From contig CAVZUR010000004.1 of NCBI GenBank assembly GCA_963778555.1, positions 101,112-165,111 on the forward strand: DNA of 64,000 nucleotides, read 5' to 3'. The translations under genes and the position numbers were made by a program. How positions within the stretch are numbered: position 1 is the first letter of the stretch; every line of letters starts with the position of its first letter. Of this stretch, positions 43,192-54,167 are shown in pieces. The notes under the pieces were generated by a model that ran no database searches, was not told where the DNA came from, and worked only from the letters and a program-made list of their open reading frames with translations. This DNA is from Candidatus Moraniibacteriota bacterium (GTDB lineage Bacteria; Patescibacteriota; Minisyncoccia; Moranbacterales; UBA1568).

Positions 43192-44403
43192 TTATTTTAT
43201 TTCACGCTGATAGACTGAGAAGCGTTTGATAATAGCTTCTGGTCGGGCATCAGCGACACTCGCATAGCGCCTGGGCAAGCTGGCTGGCTCAGGGTACAGC
43301 ATCAGGTTCCGGATCGCTCCGAACGAGGTCGGTGCGTCCCCTGGCTGGAAGAGAAAGCCGTTTTCACCTTCCCGGATACGTTCTGACAAACCGCCAATAT
43401 CGTGCCGCAATCACCGGTTCCCGCGTGAGAGCACTTTCAGAAGCACATAGGGCAAATTCTCATACCAAATCGACGGCACGATGATCGCCTTCGCTCGCTG
43501 CAACGCAGATTCCCACGCCGACCCGGTCTGAGTAGCCAAGGAACTCGATCGCATGGAATACTTTTCGCTTGTTCCCGGAGCATCGGATTCTTCGGGCCCG
43601 GCTCCCGATAATCCGCAACGTCACATCTCCCGGCATCAGTACCAACGGCCTCGATTAGCGTCGCGACGCCTTTTTCTCGGAGAAGCGGCCGAAAAAAAGA
43701 AACGTGGCTTTTTCCCGTACGACTGTCTTTGTTGGCTTCAGAGAGGCGCAGGCGGATTTGGCAGAGATGACGAATCGGGTAGGGAAAACCGGCATCGCCT
43801 TGAACCTTTCGATGAAAAAGCGGCTCGGCGCGATGAAGAGAGTCGACTTTTCCGATAACTCCCAAAAACATGATGTAACCAGCCTTCAGCGCGCACACGA
43901 CGGCTTTTTCAACGAGAGAATCCTTAACGCAGCGATCGAAGATACAGCGAGGCCGGTCGTATGTTCCCATATCTTCCCGCGCACAAACAGGTTATAATTG
44001 GGAGAGACGAGCTTGTAGTCGTGCAGCGTCATCACGATCGGGATGCCGCGTTTTTTCAGAGGCCAGAAAATAGAGGGTGATAGCTGATGATAGATATTGT
44101 GAAATGCGCGATGTCCGGCTGGAAGTCATCGAATGAGCTTCTCCAGTTTCTTCTTGGCGTCGAAATTAAGAAGATACGTATCCTGCGAGAGCGAAATCTT
44201 TGCCCAAGTCGATAGATCATATCCTGATACTCGATATTTGCGATAAAATATTTTTCCCAAGGAGTCTCCGGATTCTCCGGATGCCGCATCGAGAAAAAAG
44301 CGACCCGTGGCCATGTTCCGCGAGCATCCGTGCCATATCGAAATAAGCGCGTTCCGCTCCACCTTTCAGAAAATGGATATTTGTTGATGAGAAGAATTTT
44401 CAT
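43192..44403 (-). pseudogene. glycosyltransferase family 4 gene fragmented by many frameshifts
   Basis: N-terminal MKILLINKYPF (44403), internal pieces in ORFs 44126-44362 and 43437-43970, C-terminal GGLSERIREGENGFLFQPGD (43192-43410); at least 6 frame changes. Confidence 0.6.
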
Positions 44404-45127
44404 TGACTTTCATTCATAACCTGTGGCATTATAATATACATCGACTTTTCCGCATATACACCCCTATACCATCCTGTCGATATGCTCGCGTATACATCTC
44501 TGAAGAAAGCCGCGAGAAAAAATATGCGCAATTCCTCGCGCTCATGACACCCGGCAAACGATACCACCATCCTCGATGTCGGTGTGAACACGAAGAATAT
44601 TCAGCGATCCGATAATTACCTCGAACAACAATACCCGCATCCGAAAAACATCACCGCCGTCGCTACGGGACGATCTCGACTGCCTTCAAGCGCCGCTATC
44701 CCGGACGGAGCATCCAGGCCACGGGCGACGGCATCGGCTGCCTTTCGAAGACTGAAGCTTCGACATCGCCTATTCCAATGCCGTCATCGAGCATGTCGGC
44801 GAGAACGACGAGACAGCAGCACTTCCTCAAGGAGCTCTTTCGGGTCGGGAGCCGGGGCTATCTCACGACCCCCAACCGCCTGTTCCCGATCGAAGTCCAT
44901 ACCCGCATCCCCTTCCTCCATCTCATCTTTCTCCAAGTCAGGTTTCGACCGCATTGGTGACGGCTATCGGAAAGGGTTGGGCTGCCGGCGATTATATGCA
45001 CCTGTTCTCGGCTAAAGATCTCCGCTCGCTCGCTACATGCGGCCGGCATCGGAGCTTTCAGCTGCTCAAGAATCGCTTCCTCGGCTTCCCCATGACATTC
45101 ACTCTCATATGGAACAAACAGGACTAA
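44403..45127 (+). CDS. class I SAM-dependent methyltransferase, frameshifted
   Basis: ILDVGVNTKN...ITAVATG and ...SNAVIEHVGENDE..QHFLKELFRVGSRGYLTTPNRLFPIEVHTRIPFLH in different frames; TTG or ATG start uncertain. Confidence 0.5.
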
Positions 45128-46508
45128 ATCCTGACTGCCCCAAGGCCGGCATTCTGGTCTACACCCAGAACTTCATCATCCTGGGAGCGGTTTTTTTCAG
45201 CCTGATGCTCATCGGACAGTTCTTGGGTATTTCTCTGCTCTTGCCCATCGCCCTCCTCGTCGGCGTCCTGGCACTCGTACTCTTGTTTCACAATCCCCTC
45301 CTCCTCCTTGCCTGCTTATCATTGTCCGGATGTCGCTCGATTACCCCGCGCAATTCATCACACTGACAGTTTTTGAACGGACTGTGTCGCTCTCGCAGCT
45401 CATGGGGGCAGCCATCGCTCTCCTCGGTGCTGGTTTCCTCATCTTTCATCGTCACGTGTTCGTCCGCTATCCCCTCGCACTCCCCTATGGGCTTCTGCTC
45501 GTCTGGGGTCTTGGGACCGTCGCCTACTCTATCGCTCCCCTTGCAACGGTCCAAGAAGCCCTGCGGATTTTTGATCTTCTCGTGGTCGGTTTCATCGCCT
45601 ATGCAGCTGTGGAGCGGTATCGGGATTATCGTCTTCTCCTGATGGCCATCTTTGCTTCGAGCGTCCTTCCTATTCTCTTCGGACTTGCCCAGTTCCTACT
45701 CGGTATCGGTCTCACGGATGAGAACGTCTCTGCAATCCGTATTTTCGGCACATTCAGCCATCCCAATGTCTTCAGCCTCTACCTCTTCACGGTGGCTGCC
45801 ATCGCGAGTATCTATACCATCGTCTACGCGCGGAAAGACAATGCTCGGCTCTTAATGGGCGGCTACCTCGCCATTGTGCTCCTGACCCTTCTCCTCACCT
45901 ATGCCCGTATTGCATGGATCGCACTCTTCATCTTCGCTTTGCTCGTCGCAGTGTGGCGCTATCGCTTTCTCCTTGTGCCGCTGATTCTCTTCCCAGTCGT
46001 CCTTGCGACTTTTGTTCCAGCCGTCAATGAGCGCCTCAGCGAAGCCTTTCATCCGACGCCGGACAGCTCCATCGTCTGGCGACAGAATCTGTGGCACGAT
46101 ATGATCCTGAAAACGGCCTTCGAAGATCGGAAATTCTTGGGCAGCGGTTTGGATACCTTCCGTCTATCCGCTGAACAGCTCCGCGGCGATCGCTTTGGTT
46201 CCAATGAGTCGCATAATGATTTCGTGAAGTTCTATGTCGACGGTGGCGCGGTCGGTCTGGTCGTCCTCGTCCTCTACCTCATCACCTTTACGTTCCCCAT
46301 CCTGAAAGTCCGTCGATTGACGCCGAGCCACAGCCTGAAAAACATGGCAACCTTGCTCGCACTCCTCGTGCTCACGCTCACGATCGCGAGCCTCTCCGAC
46401 AATGTCTTCAAGAACACTCCCGTCCAGTGGCTCTTGGCTGTCGTCACCGGCGGCTTTCTTGCGCTCTATCACGCCTCGCTTCCAGGCGAATGGCGCGATC
46501 ACCTCTAG
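45108..46508 (+). CDS. O-antigen ligase / Wzy_C family polytopic membrane protein; N-terminal frameshift near 45330
   Basis: TFSHPNVFSLYLF...TYARIAWIALFIFALLV Wzy_C core; about 12 TM helices. Confidence 0.75.
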
Positions 46509-46522
46509 TTTTTTCAGCAAAA

Positions 46523-46582
46523 AAAAGCGGGTCTCGTCGGAATGTTTGAACATTCGTCAGAGACCCGTTGTTGTCGAGAGCG
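46523..46582. terminator. bidirectional terminator between convergent genes
   Basis: A8-cgggtctc...gagacccg-TTGTTGT with a nested palindrome gacgaatgttcaaacattcgtc. Confidence 0.6.
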
Positions 46583-46586
46583 GGCG

Positions 46587-47427
46587 CTATTGCGACCCGT
46601 TCGGCGCGCGGAAGGTTTTCCACTGGCCGCCCGTGTCACCAACCCAGCTGCCAATCCAGCTTTCGCAGTTGTTAGCTGGTTGACCCGCTTTCTTTTTGGC
46701 GCTGTCTGGCTTGTGGCACTCTGCGTCCCAGCCGGCATAGTCAGCCGATTGATCGCGCCACCAGTCGACGCCGAGCTGCAGCCGCGCGGTGCCCATCACC
46801 CGGGCTTCTGACTTCCAGGACATAGCGCATGCCTTTCGTTGCCGTAGTCCGAGGTTGGAGCCAGCCATGAAAGTTCCGCCGTGGCATTGACTGACATCGA
46901 CGACATAGGCCTGGCCATTCACACTGGCGGTGTTCGCTTCGTCGGTCCCAGTGGTCTCGCCGAACCATTGCGAGAGACATTGGTTCGGATGGCCGGTCGA
47001 GTCCTTCGCACAGCGAGGAAACAGGTTGCTGCCGAGGCTGCCGCCATTGCCATCGAAAGTAAGCTGCGACACGATACGTTCTTGCCCTCGTGCGTCTTGT
47101 TCGATGACTTTGAACGAACGAATTTCGACCGTCGCGGGAGTCTTTGTTGCACAGGGCAAGCCGTCGCGACATTGATCCAGCCGATGAGGGCTGATATTCC
47201 GGCACCACAGTGGCGCGATCAGGATGCTGATGTTCGGGCTTCCAGATGGCACCCTGAGGCACGAGCGTCAGAATGCCTCGACCGTCTCCAGCGCCGTGCA
47301 GGGACGACTAAGTGGGTTGGCCAAAGCCAGACTCGACACAAGCCAGAGCACCGCGCCGACCAAAAACGTCACAGAAGACGTAATCCATCGCGACGATTCC
47401 GGAAAGAGTGAACTTGGGATTGCATGG
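46587..47427 (-). CDS. hypothetical secreted protein (signal peptide), at least 2 frameshifts near the N-terminus
   Basis: RBS aagaaggagga then ATG; MQSQVHSFRNRRDGLRLL then, in another frame, VTFLVGAVLWLVSSLALANP; C-terminal 221-aa ORF 46587-47252. Confidence 0.5.
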
Positions 47428-47610
47428 CAATCCTCCTTCTTAAAATATGTTAAGGGGCAGGGGAAAATTGCCTTTCCTAGGTGTTGATTCCCAGAATTGA
47501 CTCCACAGTCTACTACAAAATCACTGTTTCGTCAATAGATAAATTGAAATATATATTGCTTTAATAAAGCCACGATTCAGGCAAATATAGACTAGATTGG
47601 ATACAAGAAA

Positions 47611-47655
47611 AGAAAAAAAGGCCTCCGCTGAACGTTTGAAGTTCTTGGGAGGCCC
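47611..47655 (-). terminator. intrinsic terminator
   Basis: On the minus strand, ggcctcc...ggaggcc followed by TTTTTTTCTTTTC. Confidence 0.65.
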
Positions 47656-47673
47656 GGGGCGAAATGGACTGGT

Positions 47674-48371
47674 TCAGTCCTGTTGCGCCCGCGCGGTTGC
47701 TTCGGTCGCACCAGCCGGTGGCTGGATGGTCTTGGCCAGCTCGGCCCGCAATTCGGGCGTCAGCGGCACGATTTTGCCCGTGGCGTTATAGCAGACGACA
47801 GTTGCCGGGAAGCGGCGATCGTTGTTGGCGAGGACCAGGTGGTCCCCGATGCCTGGCGCCGTGTTCGACGCCTTGTAGCCACCATGCCCGAGCCAGGCGC
47901 GTTTGCCGTCGGCTTTCACCAACAGGTATGTCAATGGTTGGCAGGCCGGCTGGCTTCCCCCTTTTTCGCTTGGGAAGGTCAGCGTGACTGATTGTCGCCG
48001 ATGAGACCTTCGGCGAGAATGCCCGACGCTCGGCGTTCAAGTCGACTTGCGGCTGCCGTCCGACCGCCATGCCAGTCTTTGCCAAGCCGGAGCGCATAGA
48101 CCTTGCCGCCTTTGAAGTAGTCGGGATTGCTCCCGTAGACAGCTTGCTGCTTGCCGCTGCCGTCGGAATTGGCCAGCGCTTCGCCGTAGGCGAAGAGATT
48201 GGCCAAGGTCATGGTGGTCTGCTTGCCGTCGGAACTGACGGTTAGACGCGTGTCGCCGCCCGATTGCTTGGCGACATCAGCGTAGCCTTTGACGATGACG
48301 GCTTGTGGGAATGCGAATCCCGGCAGGATGGTAAGGGCGACGATTGCCCAGAAGTTCTTGAAGAGTTTCAT
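47674..48371 (-). CDS. hypothetical secreted protein, one frameshift near 47940-47990
   Basis: MKLFKNFWAIVALTILPGFAFPQA signal peptide; ORFs 47979-48428 and 47674-47934 join head to tail. Confidence 0.5.
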
Positions 48372-48561
48372 GGTATGGCCCCTCCTTTGAGGCCGATGGT
48401 GGGAAATTGTGAAAGAAAGGTTCGCCATTTCCCATCGGGAATGGATACCCGACAGAAAGATGACTCCACATAATATATGAAAACTGGATTTTTGTCAACC
48501 CCTATAACGGTTATTTGTAGTGGCTTATGTAAGCCATAAAAGTACTCAATTTCAGACAAAT

Positions 48562-48599
48562 AAAAAGGGCGGCATCGAATGATTTCGACACGCGCCCTT
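48562..48599 (-). terminator. intrinsic terminator
   Basis: On the minus strand, agggcg...cgccct followed by TTTTATTTG. Confidence 0.5.
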
Positions 48600-48625
48600 G
48601 CGAGGGAGTTCCCTCGGCTTTGGTC

Positions 48626-50566
48626 TTACTGCTTGGCTGGTCCCACCAAGAGCGGTTCGCCGAAGCGAATCACTTGGATGTAGCCATCCTTTTCCTCGAC
48701 CGTGATGCCACGGCTCGCAGCGTCCGTGATGACTTGGTGCCGACGATACTCGGAACGGGCCACTTGGACACCCTTCACGATATCGCACCACCACCCCCAG
48801 GCGAGGGCATCGCCACCACGTTTCAAGTCATGATCGACGCCGATACCAATGCCGCAAATGCGAGCTGGATCAGCGATGCCCAAGCGGGCACTCATCGATT
48901 CTGACGATGGGGTTTCGAGGAAGTAGCCCAGCTGCGCGTAGGGCAGTACGACGGAGTCGTCCGTCTCGTACAGCCACTGGCGGACTCCCAGATTGACCAG
49001 GGAGCCGAACCGAGAAAGTTCCTCGGTATCAGCGATTGCTTGACCATCCCAGCGGTGCTTGGCGGTACCAGAGAGTGGCTTGGCCCATGACCCGAAGACT
49101 TGTGTCTCAGGGAACCACGCTTCACCGCTGAGGCGGCGGGAGTAGTTGTTGTAGCCGGCCGACAGACCGATCAGGCTGAAGTTCCGCTCGGAAGCGTACT
49201 TGTCCTGGCTGAACCGCTCGCGCAGCTTACCGAGCATGGGGGCGGAAATTTCCGCATCCCAGCCTTCATCCGAGATGAACTCGTAGGCCGGACCCACCAT
49301 GTAGGTGTAGCCCTGGTACTTGCCGGCGCCTTGATTGACGCGACCGCTCCACTCGGAAGCTGTCGCTTTCAGGCCGATACCGTGGGTACCTGTGTCTGAC
49401 TCAGTGCGCCATGCGCAATACAGTGCTGCGGCGAAGAAGTTCGAGTCTGCCCGATTACCGCCGTCATGCTTCGGCTCATACTCCTGACCGATGACCGCAT
49501 GCGGATCGATCCGATCGCAGAATCCCTTCGGCGCTTCGACCACGGGGGTCGGAGGCGTCGACTCAGCAGGCGGCACAGCCGGAGGCTGAGGAGGTGTCGG
49601 TGTGGCAGGTGGAGCGGGAGGTACGGGTGGCACGACTACTGGTGGCGGGATGTCCGCGACTGGGGGCTCCTCCTTGATGGGAGGAGGCGGTACAAAGACC
49701 GTCTTCTCCTCGGGGAGGATGACCCAGTTGAAGCAATTCCGCATCCAGACGAGCACCTTGCCCGACGGGAGTACGAACCGCTCACCATAGATTGCTGCAT
49801 CAGTATCCCACGCAGTGCGCATGGGGCCGACGGCGATCACTTTGCCAGCGCGGCAAAACGTGACCACCTCGAGGCGGACGCCGGTTGCGATCTGCACCCG
49901 GTCATCACTGTTGAGACGCGGCTCTTGCCCCGCATGCTGGCGGAGATAGTCCACATCTTCAGCCTCAAGTCCCAGCACCTGCCAGGCTTCCTCGTTGATC
50001 GTGGCCACATCTTTCTTGCCACAATCACGCAGTGGAGCCCGGCCGACGATGCGATACAGGATTTCTCCGGCAGCATTCGTCTTCGACTCGGCAGCAGCAC
50101 GCGGGGCAGGCTCTGTGGCCGGCGCCTGGCGGTCCCGGGGCAGAATGCCTTCGGGGAGCTGCAGGATCTGGTCCGCATAGATGCGGTTGCAGTTGTCTTT
50201 CAGGAGCTCACGGTTGAGCTCACAGACCGCTTGCCAATCGGCCGGGAAGAGCTTGGAGAGCCAGTCACCGCTTTGCACGGTGTAGGTCTTGGGCTCTTCA
50301 GCGGCTGGTTGGGTCGGAGCAGCGGGAGCTGCAGGAGCGGGATCGGCTGATGCCGAGGCTGCCGGTGCCGGAGCACTGGCAGCGATTACAGGAACGCTCA
50401 CGACCTGAGTCGGAGCAACAGGCTTGCTCACCGAACGCGTGTTCCATCCGTAGATGACCACTGCGAGCACGATGAGCGCGGCCAGCACCCAGTGCCAGAC
50501 TCGCGTCCGACGCTTGGGTTCGGCGGCATCCACAGTGGGAGTGCCGCTCGTTGGGATATTTGTCAT
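48626..50566 (-). CDS. large membrane-anchored envelope protein: N-terminal TM, Ala/Pro-rich linker, LysM-like segment, Pro-rich spacer, about 320-aa C-terminal domain
   Basis: Intact 646 aa; WHWVLAALIVLAVVIY TM; YTVQSGDWLSKLF LysM-like; PPPIKEEPPVADIPPPVVVPPVPPAPPATPTPPQPPAVPP. Confidence 0.7.
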   Translation of the reverse strand: MTNIPTSGTPTVDAAEPKRRTRVWHWVLAALIVLAVVIYGWNTRSVSKPVAPTQVVSVPVIAASAPAPAASASADPAPAAPAAPTQPAAEEPKTYTVQSGDWLSKLFPADWQAVCELNRELLKDNCNRIYADQILQLPEGILPRDRQAPATEPAPRAAAESKTNAAGEILYRIVGRAPLRDCGKKDVATINEEAWQVLGLEAEDVDYLRQHAGQEPRLNSDDRVQIATGVRLEVVTFCRAGKVIAVGPMRTAWDTDAAIYGERFVLPSGKVLVWMRNCFNWVILPEEKTVFVPPPPIKEEPPVADIPPPVVVPPVPPAPPATPTPPQPPAVPPAESTPPTPVVEAPKGFCDRIDPHAVIGQEYEPKHDGGNRADSNFFAAALYCAWRTESDTGTHGIGLKATASEWSGRVNQGAGKYQGYTYMVGPAYEFISDEGWDAEISAPMLGKLRERFSQDKYASERNFSLIGLSAGYNNYSRRLSGEAWFPETQVFGSWAKPLSGTAKHRWDGQAIADTEELSRFGSLVNLGVRQWLYETDDSVVLPYAQLGYFLETPSSESMSARLGIADPARICGIGIGVDHDLKRGGDALAWGWWCDIVKGVQVARSEYRRHQVITDAASRGITVEEKDGYIQVIRFGEPLLVGPAKQ

Positions 50567-50693
50567 TTTCGGCCTCCTTCGCCGTTGAATTCATTGATTG
50601 AACTCAGAAACCAAGGTGGGTCGATTGGAGCGACCCACACCTTGGCTCTGAGCCTGGATGTGTGAGTCGCCACGTCCATGACGATTTCCTTTC

Positions 50694-51537
50694 CTATTTG
50701 AGACAGTCTGCTTTGACCAGCGCGCTTACAGCTTGGACGCTGTAGAATGCGCCGACGATCGGTGCGGCCATCACTGAGCCGGGCCCGAGTTTGAGGCTCG
50801 TGCACGAAATCAGACGATCGGCCGTGCCCTCGAGCGAAGTGAATTCGCTGAGGACGTTGACGACATCGGGTTTCCCCAGATAATCGCCATCTTTGCCGCG
50901 GAGCGAGAACCGAAGCGGAAAGCTCCGAACCACGCTATCGAGTGCCAGGCGAGCATGTTCGTTGCTCGACGGGATCCAAACGGATCACTTGCGCCACGGT
51001 GGACGGGTGAGCCGTGAAAAATCCGGCCGGGAGCCGATCGGGAGCGAACCCCCTTTCGAACTCCACGAGTACCCCGTGAACCGTCATTCCCCAATTCCCG
51101 TCCGAAGACAGGATGAGGAGCGACTGGCCCCGGACGCTCTCGGCCTCATTGAGCGGCACAAAGACACTGAAGCCTCGTACCTCGCGATCAACGACCGCGT
51201 CATAGGTCCGGGTTTCCCCAACACCCACAAACGCAATCGCTCGGAACACTTCCCGGACCAGCGGTTTCCGGACTTTCCGCGGACCGTCCGACACCTGATA
51301 GGTGCGGGCACTATCCACGAATTCCTTCTTCCACTTTTCCGGAAGCGGCTGTGGCAACTTGACGTAGACCACAGCCACACCCGCCGGCGAGAACGGCGCG
51401 AGATGAATCGCTCGGTTCTGCCACGGCTCCTGCCGTTCTGTCGCCTGGACCGATCGTACCTCGTACCCGCTTTCGCGAGGGAGGGATGAACAGCCGACGA
51501 GGAACGCGAGACTTGCGGCAAGCAAGACTTTTCGCAT
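50694..51537 (-). CDS. hypothetical lipoprotein, C-terminal frameshift near 50935-50990
   Basis: MRKVLLAASLAFLVGCSS lipobox; ORF 50694-50933 continues in another frame. Confidence 0.5.
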
Positions 51538-51675
51538 GACGAACTCCTTCCGATGTTTGCTAAGCAGTAAGATGTAAAAGACCTTATTCGAAACTTTCCT
51601 CTGGAAAGTCACGGAGTCCCGGAAGTGTGGACTCGGAAACTTTCCAGAGGAGGCTTGCACCTCCCCTGCTCGGCT

Positions 51676-52323
51676 TTAGCGCCCCACGAAAGACATCGCT
51701 TTCGCACTACCCTGCATATCAGGTTTCAAAGTAAGCCATGCCGCCCGGACGAATGCACCCGCGAGAAATCCGAGAACCGAGAGTGTCAGGAGTTCTTTGG
51801 GTGTCGGATTGCGATCCGTGATCGGACCGGAAAGAATACGGATCTCCACCGACTTCTCATCGCCGCCACGGAATTCCTTATTCCGATTGATGAGAACTTC
51901 TGTCAGTGCCTCCATCGTTTTTCCCGCCTCGCGTTCGGTGTCCGCTTTCACGCTCACCGACAGCATGCCGAGTTCAATATTCTTATCCACGCTCACCATC
52001 GAACGCCAGCGGTTGAGTCGGTCGCGCTTGTCGGTCGGGAGAAATCCCTGTGCGCTCACTTTGCCAGTCTCGATGACCGCGTTGATAAAGCGCTCGCTGT
52101 ACATCGATTCCGAAAGTACTTTACTCAGATATTCCGATGACTTGAACAGCGTATAGAAGTCCTGCGAACTCGAGGTCTGAACCACCATGAAGTCCGTCCG
52201 AACAGCATAGCGGGCGGAAACAGCTGTCTCGACAAAAAAGACGGTGGCCGCCACAAAGACGCCGAAGAGAAAGATGCTTCCCTTCTTTTCGCTGAGGAGA
52301 GCCAAAATATTGGTCATTGGCAT
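51676..52323 (-). CDS. Wzz/CapA-like chain-length-regulator family membrane protein (TM at both ends)
   Basis: N-terminal IFLFGVFVAATVFFV and C-terminal LLTLSVLGFLAGAFV helices flanking a polar domain. Confidence 0.5.
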   Translation of the reverse strand: MPMTNILALLSEKKGSIFLFGVFVAATVFFVETAVSARYAVRTDFMVVQTSSSQDFYTLFKSSEYLSKVLSESMYSERFINAVIETGKVSAQGFLPTDKRDRLNRWRSMVSVDKNIELGMLSVSVKADTEREAGKTMEALTEVLINRNKEFRGGDEKSVEIRILSGPITDRNPTPKELLTLSVLGFLAGAFVRAAWLTLKPDMQGSAKAMSFVGR

Positions 52324-52407
52324 AGCCTTGAGAAATAATGAAGTAACGTGAGATAGTAGCAAAAAATGAGGTTTTTGTCAATAGGACTCCTGTATATGTT
52401 ATTTGAC

Positions 52408-52860
52408 TCATGCCATTAAAAAAATGTGAAACACATTGTCAGGGTCAAACTGCGTTGAATATCCCCTCCCTGTCCGTACGTAACAAAAAAAGTAACCGCT
52501 GGACAATACCATACGGTTAAGACGAGCCCGCTTCCGAGGTCTTGCGAATCCACTCTTGTTAATATCAACCCTGCGGCCGAGTTCGAATCCCTTTATGGGA
52601 AACAATTGGGACATCTCGTGCCTCCGGTGGGGTATGTCAAACTGATACACGGTGGCCCACCGATTACTTCCGAATAGTGGGTTGCCCTGCATCTCGTTAC
52701 ATACACCCAGCTCTTCGATCCCCCTGGTGATTCGCCCAATTCAACAGCTGCAATCACGCATACCGGGAATGAGCCCTCCTCTGTACCAGGAGCTGACCAC
52801 AAGTAGTTACCCTGCTCGACCCAGGTAGTCCCATCTTCGAGTGACATGCTGACACTCCCT
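52408..52860 (-). CDS. possible small hypothetical protein split over two frames (very uncertain)
   Basis: ORFs 52593-52847 and 52408-52692 overlap head to tail; no family recognised. Confidence 0.2.
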
Positions 52861-53004
52861 TCAACACGTTAAGTAACATCTACCAATCCGGTAGCAGGAA
52901 TTGCCATGGTGCTGGCAATGTCGAACTCTGAACACACTCCTTCTCGGTCCGAAAAGGAATGAATCTACCCACCTTTCATTTCTAAATTTTCAAGGAAACA
53001 AATG

Positions 53005-54149
53005 CTAGCCTGAAAAACGGCTCCAGAATTCCAAGCGAAGAATATCATTCAGGGTAACGAGTACCATGAGTAAGATGAGGAGAATGAAGCCGACCTGATG
53101 CACATACCCCTCGACATTCGGACTGACCGGCGAGCCTTTAAGCTTTTCAATCAGAACGAAGAGGATACGGCCGCCATCCAAAGCGGGGATCGGCAGGATG
53201 TTGATGATACCGAGGTTGATCGAGAGGATCGCAGCGAAATAGAGGAGGTACGCGATGCCCAGTTCCGACATCTGCTTTGTCAGCGTAACGATACCGACTG
53301 GTCCGGCGATATCAACCTCAGTCTTCGCGCCGGTAACGAGGCTCGCCACCATACCGCCGAGCGCACCGAGAATCTCGCGCGTCTTCACATAGGTCTGCTC
53401 AAGTCCGAGCTGAATTGCCTGATACCACGGATAGCTGACCAACGCAGTTTCCGAGAAGCTGATGCCGAGGGCGCCTTCGCCCTCCGGTGCCGAGAGCCGG
53501 GGCGTACCGACAAGCTGCAACCTTTCTCCCCCGCGGTTTATCGTAACCGTAATCTCTGTTCCGCGGCGTTCTCGAATGTACGCCGAAACGGATTCCACGG
53601 ACGTGACCTCCGTCGTATCCAGCGACAGTATGAGGTCGCCCGCCTTCAGGCCAATTTCGTCGGCAGGCGTGCCCGGCTGCACCTGGAGAATCTGGATGTC
53701 GGTTTTTCCGTACTCATTCCGATGCGCCGGATCAATCTGCTCAGGAAAGCCGAGCATGAGTACGATCGAAAAAAGCACCCAGGCCAAGAGAAAATTCATG
53801 ACCACGCCGGCACCCAATACTTTGATCCGAGTCCAAGCCCCCCGGCCTGCGAAGCTATCGCGTTCTTCCAGGTGACTCCCCGATCTTCGCCTTTGATTTT
53901 CACGAAACCGCCGAGTGGTATCCAATTGATGGAGTAGACCGTATGCGGACTCGAAACCGAGACATTCCCCCAGACCAATCGGTACCGTCCAGTCGCATCG
54001 TCTTTCACGATACCGGCGAGCCGCGGCGGGAACCCAAAGCCGAACTCGTCGGCCTTGATGCCATTCATCCGAGCGACCATAAAATGGCCGAGTTCATGCA
54101 CAAAAACCAGAACACCGAGAACCAGGACGAAAATAAGAATCGTAAGCAT
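53005..54149 (-). CDS. rseP: RseP-like site-2 protease (M50 zinc metalloprotease with PDZ domain), one frameshift near 53880-53925
   Basis: HELGHF zinc motif in ORF 53796-54149; PDZ plus C-terminal TM half in 53005-53925. Confidence 0.85.
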
Positions 54150-54167
54150 AAGAGCAGCGAGTGCGGA

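Noticed and set aside
46741-47262. 173-aa Arg-rich minus-strand ORF
   Set aside because: It overlaps ORF 46587-47252, which has a signal peptide and RBS, and its composition is low-complexity, so it is treated as an alternative-frame artefact.
49466-50350. 294-aa plus-strand ORF
   Set aside because: It is antisense to the intact 646-aa envelope protein gene and Arg/Gly-rich, so it is a shadow ORF.
52540-52580. GAGTTCGAATCCC motif considered as tRNA or tmRNA 3' end
   Set aside because: No complementary acceptor stem, D-arm or CCA-proximal pairing could be found on either strand.
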